64,000 nt of DNA from a virus. Made by a program: the position numbers and the translations under genes. Positions 1-9,418 of the stretch are shown here, piece by piece. The notes below the pieces were generated by a model, which ran no database searches, was not told the origin of the DNA, and saw only the letters and a list, made by a program, of their open reading frames with translations. Where the stretch lies: IMG/VR virus record IMGVR_UViG_3300028840_007609; one strand, given 5' to 3'. Positions within the stretch are counted from its first letter, which is position 1. Each line of letters begins with the position of its first letter.

Positions 1-9
1 GGAGAAATC

Positions 10-282
10 ATGAATACAGAAGAATTAGCAAAGCGGCAAGAGAGACAAGTATCACAAATGACAACCCAAACCCAAAACGTTGCCAACAGGCTAAAAAATT
101 TGATAGTCGAACTCGAAACCCAGCTTCAGCCTGTTTTAAGAGAAGCGATGCCACCGGAGGAAAAACCCGAAGAAGTAGAACCGGTCCTTGTCCCGCTGGC
201 CCGTGAAATTAAGGGGATCAACGAAACGGTCTTTATCATGATCGGCAAGATCGAGGATATCATCACCCGGCTTGAGATTTAA
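10..282 (+). CDS. hypothetical protein (90 aa, coiled-coil-like)
   Basis: ORF track; GGAG just upstream of the ATG; TAA stop. Confidence 0.6.
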   Translation: MNTEELAKRQERQVSQMTTQTQNVANRLKNLIVELETQLQPVLREAMPPEEKPEEVEPVLVPLAREIKGINETVFIMIGKIEDIITRLEI

Positions 283-404
283 CGGTTGCGCCCGGCTCCG
301 TGGCGCGAGTAACGGGCTTTTGCCATACTCCATACCCGGCCGCCCGAACAGGTAAAGTAGCAGCCTTTAAAGGTGGGGCTTGCGAATCGGGCAAACTTGA
401 AAAA

Positions 405-680
405 ATGAAGCCATTTTTGCCGTATCCGAAACAAAAGGCCATTAGGCTTAAAGGAAAAGAATTGCTTGGTCTCAGAAGACAGGTTGCCGAAAGAGCAAAT
501 TATCGTTGCCAGGGTGTCGGATGCGGCAAATACACGCCCTTTTCAAAGGGACATATGGCACACATCAAGTCAAAGGGATCAGGCGGGGATGATAGCTTAG
601 AAAATACAGAATGGCTTTGCTTTGATTGCCACATTGCAAACGGTCATTTGAAATGGAGAAGTGATAAGGGGGAGAAATGA
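405..680 (+). CDS. HNH endonuclease
   Basis: ORF 300..680. Motif CQGVGCG...GHMAHIKSKGSGGDDSLENTEWLCFDCHIANGH (paired Cys plus H-N-H). The first ATG is at 405; the 300 start is GTG without an SD. Confidence 0.75.
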   Translation: MKPFLPYPKQKAIRLKGKELLGLRRQVAERANYRCQGVGCGKYTPFSKGHMAHIKSKGSGGDDSLENTEWLCFDCHIANGHLKWRSDKGEK

Positions 681-1093
681 TAGATAAAATTGTAAAAAAA
701 ATGGTGGAAGAGTATCAATGTCCAGGTTGTGTTTGTGGGAATGATACCTCTTGTTACGAAAAATCAGATAATTTGGCTTGTTCAAAGCATGTTGTCGGGA
801 CAGTGGCATCTGGTCATGTTGGAAAATTTTTCCTTGGACTTCCAACAGGGTTTTGCCGATTAGGGTTTTTTGAAGACATGAAAATTGATATATTTAAAAA
901 CATTTCTGATGGATGGGGCTTTGATTTCCTAAATGTTCCTGTTTGGAAACATCTTGATAAAAACGGAAATACGCTTGTTCGTGGAATTTGTCCAAGAATC
1001 AATATGCCATTTATCCACATTTTTATCGGGAATGTTTTAGACGAAATAGATTGTTTTGAAATAACAAAAACACATTTGGATGGTATGGATTAA
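677..1093 (+). CDS. hypothetical Cys-rich protein (138 aa)
   Basis: ORF track; ATGA overlap with the upstream stop; CPGCVCG motif. Confidence 0.6.
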   Translation: MIDKIVKKMVEEYQCPGCVCGNDTSCYEKSDNLACSKHVVGTVASGHVGKFFLGLPTGFCRLGFFEDMKIDIFKNISDGWGFDFLNVPVWKHLDKNGNTLVRGICPRINMPFIHIFIGNVLDEIDCFEITKTHLDGMD

Positions 1094-1370
1094 TGCAACA
1101 CGCTGATTGCAGAGATTGAGGCAAGGAGAAAGGCAAGAAAATGACAACAGCAAAATTTCAGTATAAATGCAGACTATGTGGAGAAATTTATAATAATGAA
1201 TCTAATATTTTTTGGTAAACACCCAACATTAAATTTATGTTGGTGGAGAATAAGACGGTTGCCTAAAAACCGTTGGGAAGTGTCGAGAACAGGGGAAAAG
1301 TGGCATATCCATAATGGTAGGGGCCTTTTATGTCAAATATGGAGATGTTTAATGTTTAAGAGGTTTTAAA

Positions 1371-1562
1371 ATGACCGACCAATTTGAAGAAATGGCGAAG
1401 GGGTGTCCGTGGCGTGGAACTGGCACGTTGACTTATTGTGAAATTTTATGGTCAATGGGTAGAGATGATTATAACTGTTTCGAAGAAAACTGCGCCCTCT
1501 GGTCGATTCACAAAAAACTACTCGCCCTCGAAAAGCGGGTTGAAGGATTGGAGGGGGGATGA
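1371..1562 (+). CDS. hypothetical protein (63 aa)
   Basis: ORF track; AAGAGG SD upstream of the ATG. Confidence 0.5.
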   Translation: MTDQFEEMAKGCPWRGTGTLTYCEILWSMGRDDYNCFEENCALWSIHKKLLALEKRVEGLEGG

Positions 1563-1720
1563 GCGAAAAACTTCGTTGTCTTAATTGCCACAAACCGATT
1601 CCATATACTGATTCAAACTATTGGGAAGATTTAGCATGCTCAACTGAATGTCATTTTTGGATTCAGTATGAGTGTGACTTCAATAAATGGGCAAAGGAAC
1701 AAGAAAATGACCGACAATGA
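1559..1720 (+). CDS. small zinc-ribbon protein (53 aa)
   Basis: Hand-translated as MSEKLRCLNCHKPIP...CSTECHFW. ATGA overlap with the previous stop. Below the ORF-track size cutoff. Confidence 0.45.
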   Translation: MSEKLRCLNCHKPIPYTDSNYWEDLACSTECHFWIQYECDFNKWAKEQENDRQ

Positions 1721-1798
1721 AGGGTAGTAAGATATCAACCGTCCCCAAAACTCAATTTAAACTCGCCCCTGCCTTGGCGAAGAAGGAACCAAATAAAA

Positions 1799-2137
1799 AT
1801 GCGTTGTCCAAGGTGTGAATATAAATACTGCGAAAACTGCGGCAACTCGGGCTACTGGGAAAAAGAGATTATCTATTGCGAAAAATGCAACAAGCCGTAT
1901 GACCAGAAAGCATACAGATGCCCCAGCTGTAAAAAAATCGCCTGTGCATACAGAGAATTTAATGAAAATATACCGTGCGTTGCATGTAATTATCCATACC
2001 CGGCGGACACCAGTAAAACACTTGAGCAGCACGTCCAGGAAGTCACAAATCATCTATCGGAAGGAAACATTACATACGGAAGGGGGCTGCTGGTCCTAAA
2101 AACAGCCGCTAAAAAACTAATCAGCAGAGGATTTTAA
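1799..2137 (+). CDS. multi-CxxC zinc-ribbon protein (112 aa)
   Basis: CPRCEYKYCENCG, CEKC, CPSC and CVAC motifs. Confidence 0.6.
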   Translation: MRCPRCEYKYCENCGNSGYWEKEIIYCEKCNKPYDQKAYRCPSCKKIACAYREFNENIPCVACNYPYPADTSKTLEQHVQEVTNHLSEGNITYGRGLLVLKTAAKKLISRGF

Positions 2138-2406
2138 TGAAATCAAGAGCCACGATATACAGACACTTCAAAAAAGCTCAGAAAAAAGCTCAAATACCGC
2201 CCGGGCGACCACGGCCGATTGAACTGATTGTACAAAAGACCATACGGGACACACTGGCGTGGGTACTCCAGAAAAAAGCACCGGAGCCATCAACACTCAT
2301 AATAGACGCACAACTAAGCGATCTCTATACCGGAGAATTATTAAACGCACTGTATGACGATAATTTTACTGAGGACTTTGATAAAAACCAAAACATTCAG
2401 CCTTGA
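2137..2406 (+). CDS. hypothetical protein (89 aa)
   Basis: ORF track; TAATG overlap with the upstream gene. Confidence 0.55.
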   Translation: MKSRATIYRHFKKAQKKAQIPPGRPRPIELIVQKTIRDTLAWVLQKKAPEPSTLIIDAQLSDLYTGELLNALYDDNFTEDFDKNQNIQP

Positions 2407-2581
2407 ATACACGGCCGACGGCTGGATCTTGTACATAGGCCGAAAAATTTTGAAATTTGAAAAGGTTTCAGACTGGGAGGAGTATTTGCTGTGGGTTTAC
2501 AAAAATGCAAAGAACAGGGAATTGGCGAAATCTTTAAAAAAAGACCTTATGAAGACGATTATAAATATGCCAATAAATTAA
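2354..2581 (+). CDS. hypothetical protein (75 aa), doubtful
   Basis: ORF track; overlaps both neighbours (52 and 91 nt); no SD. Confidence 0.3.
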   Translation: MTIILLRTLIKTKTFSLEYTADGWILYIGRKILKFEKVSDWEEYLLWVYKNAKNRELAKSLKKDLMKTIINMPIN

Positions 2582-3441
2582 ATTTCGACACTTTTTGCAA
2601 GGCAATAGAATTTATAATGCCAGACTATATCCCCCTTGTTAAAAAAGCAAAACTATTCTTAATCGATTCAGATTCAATGGAAAAAATAACAACAACCGAA
2701 GCAGCAATAAAACCTGAAGTCGATTTTTTTATGCCATTTCCGGAGGTGGCGTTTGAATGGAAAGCAGGTGTCGTATTATTAGCAGACACCCAATACGAAC
2801 AAAAAATGGACGGAACACGAAAATTTATCGAAGCATATAACGTATCGTCAGACACGGGTTACCGCGTAAACATATTACATGAAGGCGAAATATGGAACAT
2901 AGCAACAACAGAAAACGGAAAAATAATGTCTGACGGTATGATAAAAAACACATGTGCATGCACAACAAAAGGGAAGGTTATAATAAAAGACCGCAATGAA
3001 ATGGAAAACATGCTTTTAAATATAGACCCAAGCGGACTTTTTCTGGAAGAATATAAGAATCACATATTTTATTCTGTGGGGCTGGCACTAAAAACAATTT
3101 TAATATTAAATACCCTTAAAGGAAACTTTATCCTTGAAGAAAAGCCGGTAAAAATCAAAAAGGCAAAAAAAAGAAAATATCAAATACCAAGATCAAATGA
3201 AAGGCCAAAATTTACAATACTTTCGCCAAAAAACATCAGAGAAAAAATGGGCATTGCGGCTTATAGCAATACCGGCAGGACTGTTACGCCGCATGAACGA
3301 CGCCGACATGCCAGAACATATCCCGAGCACGGCCGCTGGAAATCAATGGCCGGCAAAACAATTATAATTCCGGCTACCTGGGTAGGGCCGTCAACGGCAG
3401 TAAGAAAAAACAAAAAATATAAAGTCAGGCTGGACTTATAA
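2491..3441 (+). CDS. hypothetical protein (316 aa)
   Basis: GTG start preceded by GGGAGGAG about 9 nt upstream; basic C-terminus. Confidence 0.65.
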   Translation: MGLQKCKEQGIGEIFKKRPYEDDYKYANKLNFDTFCKAIEFIMPDYIPLVKKAKLFLIDSDSMEKITTTEAAIKPEVDFFMPFPEVAFEWKAGVVLLADTQYEQKMDGTRKFIEAYNVSSDTGYRVNILHEGEIWNIATTENGKIMSDGMIKNTCACTTKGKVIIKDRNEMENMLLNIDPSGLFLEEYKNHIFYSVGLALKTILILNTLKGNFILEEKPVKIKKAKKRKYQIPRSNERPKFTILSPKNIREKMGIAAYSNTGRTVTPHERRRHARTYPEHGRWKSMAGKTIIIPATWVGPSTAVRKNKKYKVRLDL

Positions 3442-3645
3442 TAATAAACAAGGCAGCTGCCGGTTAACACCGACAGGGGGCCGGGGACACAGAGTCGGGT
3501 CAGTCCATGATAGACCGCCTGAAAAAACATTACACTAAGCCAAACGGTTTGACAGTAAGTATTTCAGGATCAACGGTGAACCCTTGGATGCATCCCTGGC
3601 GCCCGATAAACAACAAGCCGACAAGCCAAAAAGGAAAATCATAAA

Positions 3646-4425
3646 ATGAAATTCAAAGAAGCTGTATTGCTGTTACTTGGATTTGTGCTTGCAGTACTAA
3701 TAGGAACTGAAATTCTAATATTTTTTAATCAATATTTCTCTGCATGGATATTTGGACCTTTCATAAGTGCATCTATAATGGCAATCTGTTTAGAGGTTCT
3801 CTATAAAAAAAAAGAAAAAAACATAAAACTTATTTCCCGACCAGATGTTCCAAAAAAATCAAACAAATGTCCGCAAATGACAGAACATGAGATGAGGGCA
3901 TATAAAGTGCCCTGGTTCGATAATATCTGTGAACTGGCAGAATTTATACAGTCTTTATTAGAATTAGAACATACATACGGCACGGCGGCCTACTCGATGA
4001 GCCTTGCAGCCACTGCAGCATTTAATTTTATTGCCAATAACGAAGGATGCACCGGATTCCAGGCATCATGTGCCGACCTGGACTTCATAAGACGCACAAG
4101 GCGCTTAAAAGGGCCTTTTAAACTGCTCGATTATTCAAAAATGCTGTATCCTCAATATCGAAATGAATTTTATTTTCAAGAAATAAACAAAGGCACCTGG
4201 GAATTTCTCGAAAAAGAAGCCAAAAAACTACTTTATACCACATATCTGCGACATAAAAAATTCCGGCTTAACGAAAAATTATACCGCAGGTTTGACTTTA
4301 CAGCCAGAAATGGTGGACACTCACATTATGAAGGTGTTAAACACCCACCGCACAGAGCCGTAATTAATCATTGGATGACAATAGCGTCAGGGAGGCCACC
4401 GTTTTTTTGCAAAATCGTAGACTAA
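3646..4425 (+). CDS. membrane-anchored hypothetical protein (259 aa)
   Basis: Two N-terminal hydrophobic segments. Shares an identical 25-nt initiation region with the gene at 4442. Confidence 0.65.
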   Translation: MKFKEAVLLLLGFVLAVLIGTEILIFFNQYFSAWIFGPFISASIMAICLEVLYKKKEKNIKLISRPDVPKKSNKCPQMTEHEMRAYKVPWFDNICELAEFIQSLLELEHTYGTAAYSMSLAATAAFNFIANNEGCTGFQASCADLDFIRRTRRLKGPFKLLDYSKMLYPQYRNEFYFQEINKGTWEFLEKEAKKLLYTTYLRHKKFRLNEKLYRRFDFTARNGGHSHYEGVKHPPHRAVINHWMTIASGRPPFFCKIVD

Positions 4426-4441
4426 AAAGGAAAATCATAAA

Positions 4442-4768
4442 ATGAAATATAAAATAGACGGATGGAACAATTTTTGCCGTGTTTTTGAGTTGCCGGAGAA
4501 GTTTCCAAATGACTATTGTTTTGGTGGCGGACATCAAGTTAACTTCCAAATGGTCGATTGGTTTAATCCGGTTGCTGGACTTGGAGTTCCGGCGGTACCA
4601 AAAGAAGTCTGGCTCAAAGAAGTTGGGCCTATAGAAACTAAGGAAAAAACTATCGAAGACCTAAACAACACAATCGTTCCGTGGTTAAAAGATAAAAGAT
4701 ATGTAAAAGAAGGTAAAAGCTACTTGATATTATTTAATTTCGGGGCTTCGCTCGTTTTTACAAAATAA
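4442..4768 (+). CDS. hypothetical protein (108 aa)
   Basis: ORF track; AAAAAGGAAAATCATAAAATG initiation region. Confidence 0.65.
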   Translation: MKYKIDGWNNFCRVFELPEKFPNDYCFGGGHQVNFQMVDWFNPVAGLGVPAVPKEVWLKEVGPIETKEKTIEDLNNTIVPWLKDKRYVKEGKSYLILFNFGASLVFTK

Positions 4769-4794
4769 AGCCGTAGATTAAAAAGGAGAACAAA

Positions 4795-5280
4795 ATGCCA
4801 CAACTAAAAACCGAAATTCATCAAGACATGAAAACCTTAATGCGAGAAGTATTCTTTAATGCATCCAGCGTAGCTGTGCATATGGACACTGTCCCCATGT
4901 TTTTGTTTTTTACCGAGGAAAAAGAATTTATAGTCATGCCAATAACCCCAGAGATGCCCAAAGAAACAATAAAAGAAGCTGTAAAACAAACGGCTGTGAA
5001 TTTAAACGCAAAAGCTGTTGTATATCTCGATGAAGCATGGATGTTAAAAGTGAACAAAAATCAAAAATACAACCCTGAAAAAGACGGACCAATAAAAAAT
5101 CATCCGGACAGGGTTAAAAACCTGCTGGTAGCGATACGGGATAACCACAACAACACTTTCATGATTACCGGAGAAATAACAAACAGAGAAGGCGGTGTGC
5201 GGATTGTCGGAGAGCCGACCGAAACTAAAGAAGGAGTAGTGAACATAATACCAAGATGGAACGAAAACTTCGAAGCATAA
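4795..5280 (+). CDS. hypothetical protein (161 aa)
   Basis: AAGGAG SD; ORF track. Confidence 0.7.
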   Translation: MPQLKTEIHQDMKTLMREVFFNASSVAVHMDTVPMFLFFTEEKEFIVMPITPEMPKETIKEAVKQTAVNLNAKAVVYLDEAWMLKVNKNQKYNPEKDGPIKNHPDRVKNLLVAIRDNHNNTFMITGEITNREGGVRIVGEPTETKEGVVNIIPRWNENFEA

Positions 5281-5456
5281 AAGACTTGATATCGCCTGAA
5301 AATCCTAAAATCTGGGGTCGATGCCAGGCGTGCGGAGCTGAAAATCAACACACAAAAAACTGCCCGGAGTGTGAAGACATAGCGCAACGGGCAGCGCGAT
5401 TTCGCAGAAAACGTGGGGCATCCGGAAGTCCTGTCAACGCGGGGAAGAAACCCTAG
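5256..5456 (+). CDS. small zinc-ribbon protein (66 aa)
   Basis: CQAC...CPEC motifs; ends in TAG; overlaps the upstream gene by 25 nt. Confidence 0.45.
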   Translation: MERKLRSIKDLISPENPKIWGRCQACGAENQHTKNCPECEDIAQRAARFRRKRGASGSPVNAGKKP

Positions 5457-5731
5457 TCTGTGAAGCTCAGCCGTTCAGCGCCGTCGCGTGTCGTTGCTGG
5501 CGGAAAAAGAGACGCGTCCAAATTTTATATTAATATAAAATTTTAATGAACAGTGTCCGCCGAAAATAAATCCAGCCTCACACAAAACGGTCGTGCCTGA
5601 ACATAATCCCCTGGATGGAAAGGCGATGGCTATGAAGCAGGCCTACGTACGACGTTGGCGGCTACGGAGAGCCGCCGCTGCGAAAAAGCTTTAATATAAT
5701 ATAATATAATATAATACAAGGAGTAAGCAAA

Positions 5732-5911
5732 ATGGAAAAAATAACGATTGAAGAGCTGCTGAATAAAGCTAACGAAGAAAGCGCGGAACTCACAGGCGAA
5801 CTTCTTATCAAATACGTCGGTCAAAAACTTGAAGAGGTGATCGAAGCGCAAAACAATATTGCAAATGCAATAAACAGGGTTGCGGAAGCCTTTGAAGGAT
5901 GGGACTTATAA
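5732..5911 (+). CDS. hypothetical protein (59 aa)
   Basis: Hand-translated as MEKITIEELLNKANEE... AAGGAG SD at 5718-5723. Confidence 0.6.
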   Translation: MEKITIEELLNKANEESAELTGELLIKYVGQKLEEVIEAQNNIANAINRVAEAFEGWDL

Positions 5912-5912
5912 A

Positions 5913-6206
5913 ATGTTTAACAAATTTATAATCTGCAAAAAATGCGGCATTAAAGTCGAAATCAACAATATGCAGTCCAAAAAGCTATACTGCGATTCAT
6001 GTGCATACGAAATACAAAAAGAATATGCCCGCAAAAACAGCAAAAAATATTATAAAACCAGAAAAACCAAAAAGCCCAAAAAACTATGCTCCACCGGCTG
6101 CGGCCGGCCGGTCGGCAAAGGGCTGACCTTTCTGTGCAATATATGCTACAAAAATTCAAACCAGGAACTGGAATATGAAACACCAGGTAAAAATGCGTTT
6201 TATTAA
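5913..6206 (+). CDS. zinc-ribbon protein (97 aa)
   Basis: ORF 5880..6206, internal ATG at 5913. CKKC, CDSC and CNIC motifs. Confidence 0.6.
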   Translation: MFNKFIICKKCGIKVEINNMQSKKLYCDSCAYEIQKEYARKNSKKYYKTRKTKKPKKLCSTGCGRPVGKGLTFLCNICYKNSNQELEYETPGKNAFY

Positions 6207-6400
6207 AAACACCTGTAAGGAAACGCTCAAAAAGCACATCACCAATTGCATCATCAAACAGGCACAGAGACAGAGCTGGCGTTACGTCCATACCTGAGCC
6301 ATTAAGAACCCGACGGCTCAATAAAAACAATAAAAATAAAAGGGGGGAATACCCTCGGAAACTCGGGGATACGCGGACTTAGAGAACCCGGAGCGGGGGA

Positions 6401-6610
6401 TTGAAAATCATGAACAACGTCAACGAACCTGAAAAAAAAGACAACTATATATGGACACACGAAATTTGTGGCGGTGCCCCTGTTCATCCAAAAACCCTAA
6501 TATGCAAAAACTGTCACGCTCCGGTATTTCTAAGTGAATGCAACAAAATCAAAGTTTCGGAGATATTTATAAAAAATCATCCTTCATGTATGGAATACTT
6601 AACGAAATGA
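6401..6610 (+). CDS. hypothetical Cys-containing protein (69 aa)
   Basis: ORF track; GGGGGA SD-like sequence upstream. Confidence 0.5.
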   Translation: MKIMNNVNEPEKKDNYIWTHEICGGAPVHPKTLICKNCHAPVFLSECNKIKVSEIFIKNHPSCMEYLTK

Positions 6611-6771
6611 AACCAAGAATACGTTTCTGCTGGGAATGTGGCCGTAAATTATGGGGAAACCATTATGTTGAAATGGAAATCGACGGGCACAAACGAATTC
6701 TACACAAAACTTGTGGCAAACTTTACCAGCCAAGGAAGAAAAAACGCCCCCTGAAAAAGAAGGATAAGTGA
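6607..6771 (+). CDS. small zinc-ribbon protein (54 aa)
   Basis: ATGA coupling to the upstream stop; CWEC...HKTC motifs. Confidence 0.5.
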   Translation: MKPRIRFCWECGRKLWGNHYVEMEIDGHKRILHKTCGKLYQPRKKKRPLKKKDK

Positions 6772-6931
6772 TCCGACACCTCGCTCTCCTGTCTCAATGC
6801 AATAGACTGGACCCCTCTCAAGCCCCCTTGGCAACCGGAGCCAAGCAAAAACAGAAAAAGTCTCACAGAATCTCAGCTAAAATAAAAAAATATCTCCCTA
6901 ACGAACTTTAATTAAAATTAAGGAGAAAATC

Positions 6932-7282
6932 ATGCTTGGCAAAATCATCGCAGGTACCGTGGCAACGTTGTTGATAGCGGTCCTAGTCTCTGTATGTCTA
7001 AGTAGTAGGACAGCAAGCCCGGTGGAAATCGTAGAAATAAACTATGACAGCAGGCTCATAGCGATAAAGCTTCACGAATCACTGACAACGGGCACAGACT
7101 CGGCGTGCTATGCATCGGCACTTATCATCAATGCCTTTTGTGAAAACGGATGGAAAGTCTACGTTACAAACGACTGGGTGCCGTCAAATGTAAACCCGAT
7201 AAGCCTCGAACATTCAAGAATACTGGTAGAAAATCGCGGCGAACCCTTCAGGTCTAAAGGGGGAACCAATGGTAAAAGTTAA
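6932..7282 (+). CDS. signal-anchored hypothetical protein (116 aa)
   Basis: AAGGAG SD; hydrophobic N-terminus. Confidence 0.65.
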   Translation: MLGKIIAGTVATLLIAVLVSVCLSSRTASPVEIVEINYDSRLIAIKLHESLTTGTDSACYASALIINAFCENGWKVYVTNDWVPSNVNPISLEHSRILVENRGEPFRSKGGTNGKS

Positions 7283-7487
7283 AGCCTCGAAACCGGCCGG
7301 AAGGGGCGAAACAAGCATTGTCGTAATCCAAGCGACACATAGTTGCGGCGGCGGCTTCAAATGGACCGGAGACAGCGTGGTACTGTCTGGAACAACACAA
7401 TACGGGCATCTCTGCACAAAATGCCGCAGATTCGAGCTGTTGGAGCGAATATATCCAAGAACAGCGAAATCGGCAATCGTGGAGTAA
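7269..7487 (+). CDS. hypothetical protein (72 aa)
   Basis: ORF track; CTKC motif. Confidence 0.5.
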   Translation: MVKVKASKPAGRGETSIVVIQATHSCGGGFKWTGDSVVLSGTTQYGHLCTKCRRFELLERIYPRTAKSAIVE

Positions 7488-7556
7488 AAAAAAATAAATA
7501 TTCTTTATGAACCACGTTAATTCCAGCGTGGAAACTTTAACGAAAGGAGGGTCATC

Positions 7557-8162
7557 ATGAACAAATTATTCTTGGCAGGCATGGTTACCGGAAAAAACAA
7601 AAGCTCCGTAACCATGGAAACAACCGAAACCACAGCCACCGGCGACTATACGGAAACGCATGAAGTCATGGCTCCTGCAAAGCTGTCGAAAGAAGTCGAA
7701 GTCGGCAACCGCTACAAGGTTACCGGCCAACTGGCGCGGACTGAAGACAACATCACAGTCATTGTAGCCGACAAATTCGAACAGCACCCTGACAGCGAGC
7801 TTGACCTCAATGCCTGCCGTATCACCGGTAAAGCCCACCGAAGTTTCGAGTTCTATCCCCGTACCGACTCACAGGCCGCCTTCGGGAACCTGCTGGTGTC
7901 GAACGAAGAGAACCCGCAACTGATCGTCAGAGGCGTGGCATTCCAGCATCTGGGACATGCCCTCGACCGTGAAGCCAAACGTGGAAGCACGGTCCAAATC
8001 CAAGGCCGCATTCGCCACAGACCGTACGAAGCTCAAGGCGAAAAGCGCAAAATGCTCGAAATCATTTGCGACCCTGACTTCACCAAAGTCTTGGAGAAAG
8101 CGGTCGTTGTTGATCTGTTTGCCGAAGAAGCACCGGCCGAGCCGGAAGCGGCGGCAATCTAA
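7557..8162 (+). CDS. single-stranded DNA-binding (OB-fold)-like protein
   Basis: AAAGGAGG SD. The second half (RGVAFQHLGHALDREAKRGSTVQIQGRIRHRPYEAQGEKRKMLEIICD) follows the SSB OB-fold pattern. The tail is acidic/Ala-rich. Confidence 0.55.
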   Translation: MNKLFLAGMVTGKNKSSVTMETTETTATGDYTETHEVMAPAKLSKEVEVGNRYKVTGQLARTEDNITVIVADKFEQHPDSELDLNACRITGKAHRSFEFYPRTDSQAAFGNLLVSNEENPQLIVRGVAFQHLGHALDREAKRGSTVQIQGRIRHRPYEAQGEKRKMLEIICDPDFTKVLEKAVVVDLFAEEAPAEPEAAAI

Positions 8163-8268
8163 CAACCAGCCATTGCCGTAAGAGCCAAGTGATGGTCGAA
8201 ACATTGGCCCAATGGCTGGTTAATCCAACCACAATCAAAACAAACTCTATGAAAGTGAGGTACATACT

Positions 8269-8616
8269 ATGTATAATTCCATCAAAAGAATTGCAACAGC
8301 AGTCGCAATTGTGGCTTTAATTATGGCCTTAATGGCTCCCGTAATAGCTCTGGGAGCCGATTCGATCATAAACTCGAAGATCAGCAACATGGTCGAAAAA
8401 GTCGACAAAAACGGTAATCCCTACGTCCGGTTCATAATCACCGAACAGCGCAAGCTGGGTGGCGTGAAGTACAAAACCGGAGTGCCTGTAATGGCGTTCA
8501 GAGAACACGCCCAAAAAGCACAGACATACAAGATCGGCGACAATCTTAAAGCCGTCGTGAAGTATCGGGAATATCAAGGCCGCGAAAGCTACACAATCAT
8601 GGCCTTCATTGAGTAA
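8269..8616 (+). CDS. secreted hypothetical protein (115 aa)
   Basis: Signal-peptide-like N-terminus; GAGG SD. Confidence 0.6.
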   Translation: MYNSIKRIATAVAIVALIMALMAPVIALGADSIINSKISNMVEKVDKNGNPYVRFIITEQRKLGGVKYKTGVPVMAFREHAQKAQTYKIGDNLKAVVKYREYQGRESYTIMAFIE

Positions 8617-8646
8617 CATCCGGCAGTAACCCCCTGCCGCACCAAG

Positions 8647-8684
8647 CCTCGTAAGCACCGTCCAGCTTACGGGGCTTTTTTTTA
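8647..8684 (+). terminator. rho-independent terminator
   Basis: CCTCGTAAGC / GCTTACGGGG stem (one mismatch), 8-nt loop, then a T-run. Confidence 0.75.
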
Positions 8685-8953
8685 CTAAAGCCAGCGTTCC
8701 GCCGCTGGACCACGGCCAACGTCCCGTTGGATCGGCCAACGTCCCGCCGTTGGATCACGGCTCAGATTTGAAATCTGAGAGCAACTTTTTGCTTCGCCCG
8801 CATCAAGCAGCCTGGTTGCAATCTGGCAAGAAAAGATACCTGCCAAAAATACAGCACACTACGCTGTGACCAATTTTTGGCATAAAGGTACGCTCCTAAA
8901 TCAAAGGCAAGCAATAGGATTTTATCAATTTTAGCCCTTTGATTTACTCACTG

Positions 8954-9418
8954 TCCACACACACGGGCCACATTCGGCACGACTTGATTCTCAATCAGAC
9001 ATTCCCATTGTCCTGAGTAGCCTTCAGGCCACCAGACTAAGGGTTTTTGGAGAACAAAACCCAAGTCTTAAAAGTCCTACACGGACTTTTTGGCCTTCAG
9101 GCTGAACACACGGGGGAACGCTGAACTTAGATTCAGAAAATAAATGCTAAAAAATCGGTACGATAGGACTTCGATTTTTTAAAGATCACATTTATTTTCT
9201 CGAATCAGTTCAGCGTTGGCACCGGGCTTCCCGCCAAACAACGGCGGGACCCTCCCTCGGCGGCGCTTGACAGAACCAAGCGCACGCCGTGCCATAGGCT
9301 GGACCGTATCCCTGAATCTCGCCCAGCACATAAACAGCGAACGAACGATAGGACGTGTCCGCATGTGCTGAACAAGCTTCAGTCTTTTGGTGCTATTGAA
9401 GTGACCCGTGTGAGTGGA
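8954..9418 (+). ncRNA. candidate large structured RNA or origin-like element
   Basis: No credible ORF. A 13/14 long-range helix pairs 8954-8967 with 9405-9418. Many nested hairpins, including a 36-bp interrupted hairpin at 9117-9217. Confidence 0.35.

Noticed and set aside
9179-9364. 61-aa minus-strand ORF in the hairpin region
   Set aside because: It is Arg/Pro-rich, has no SD and spans several stems.
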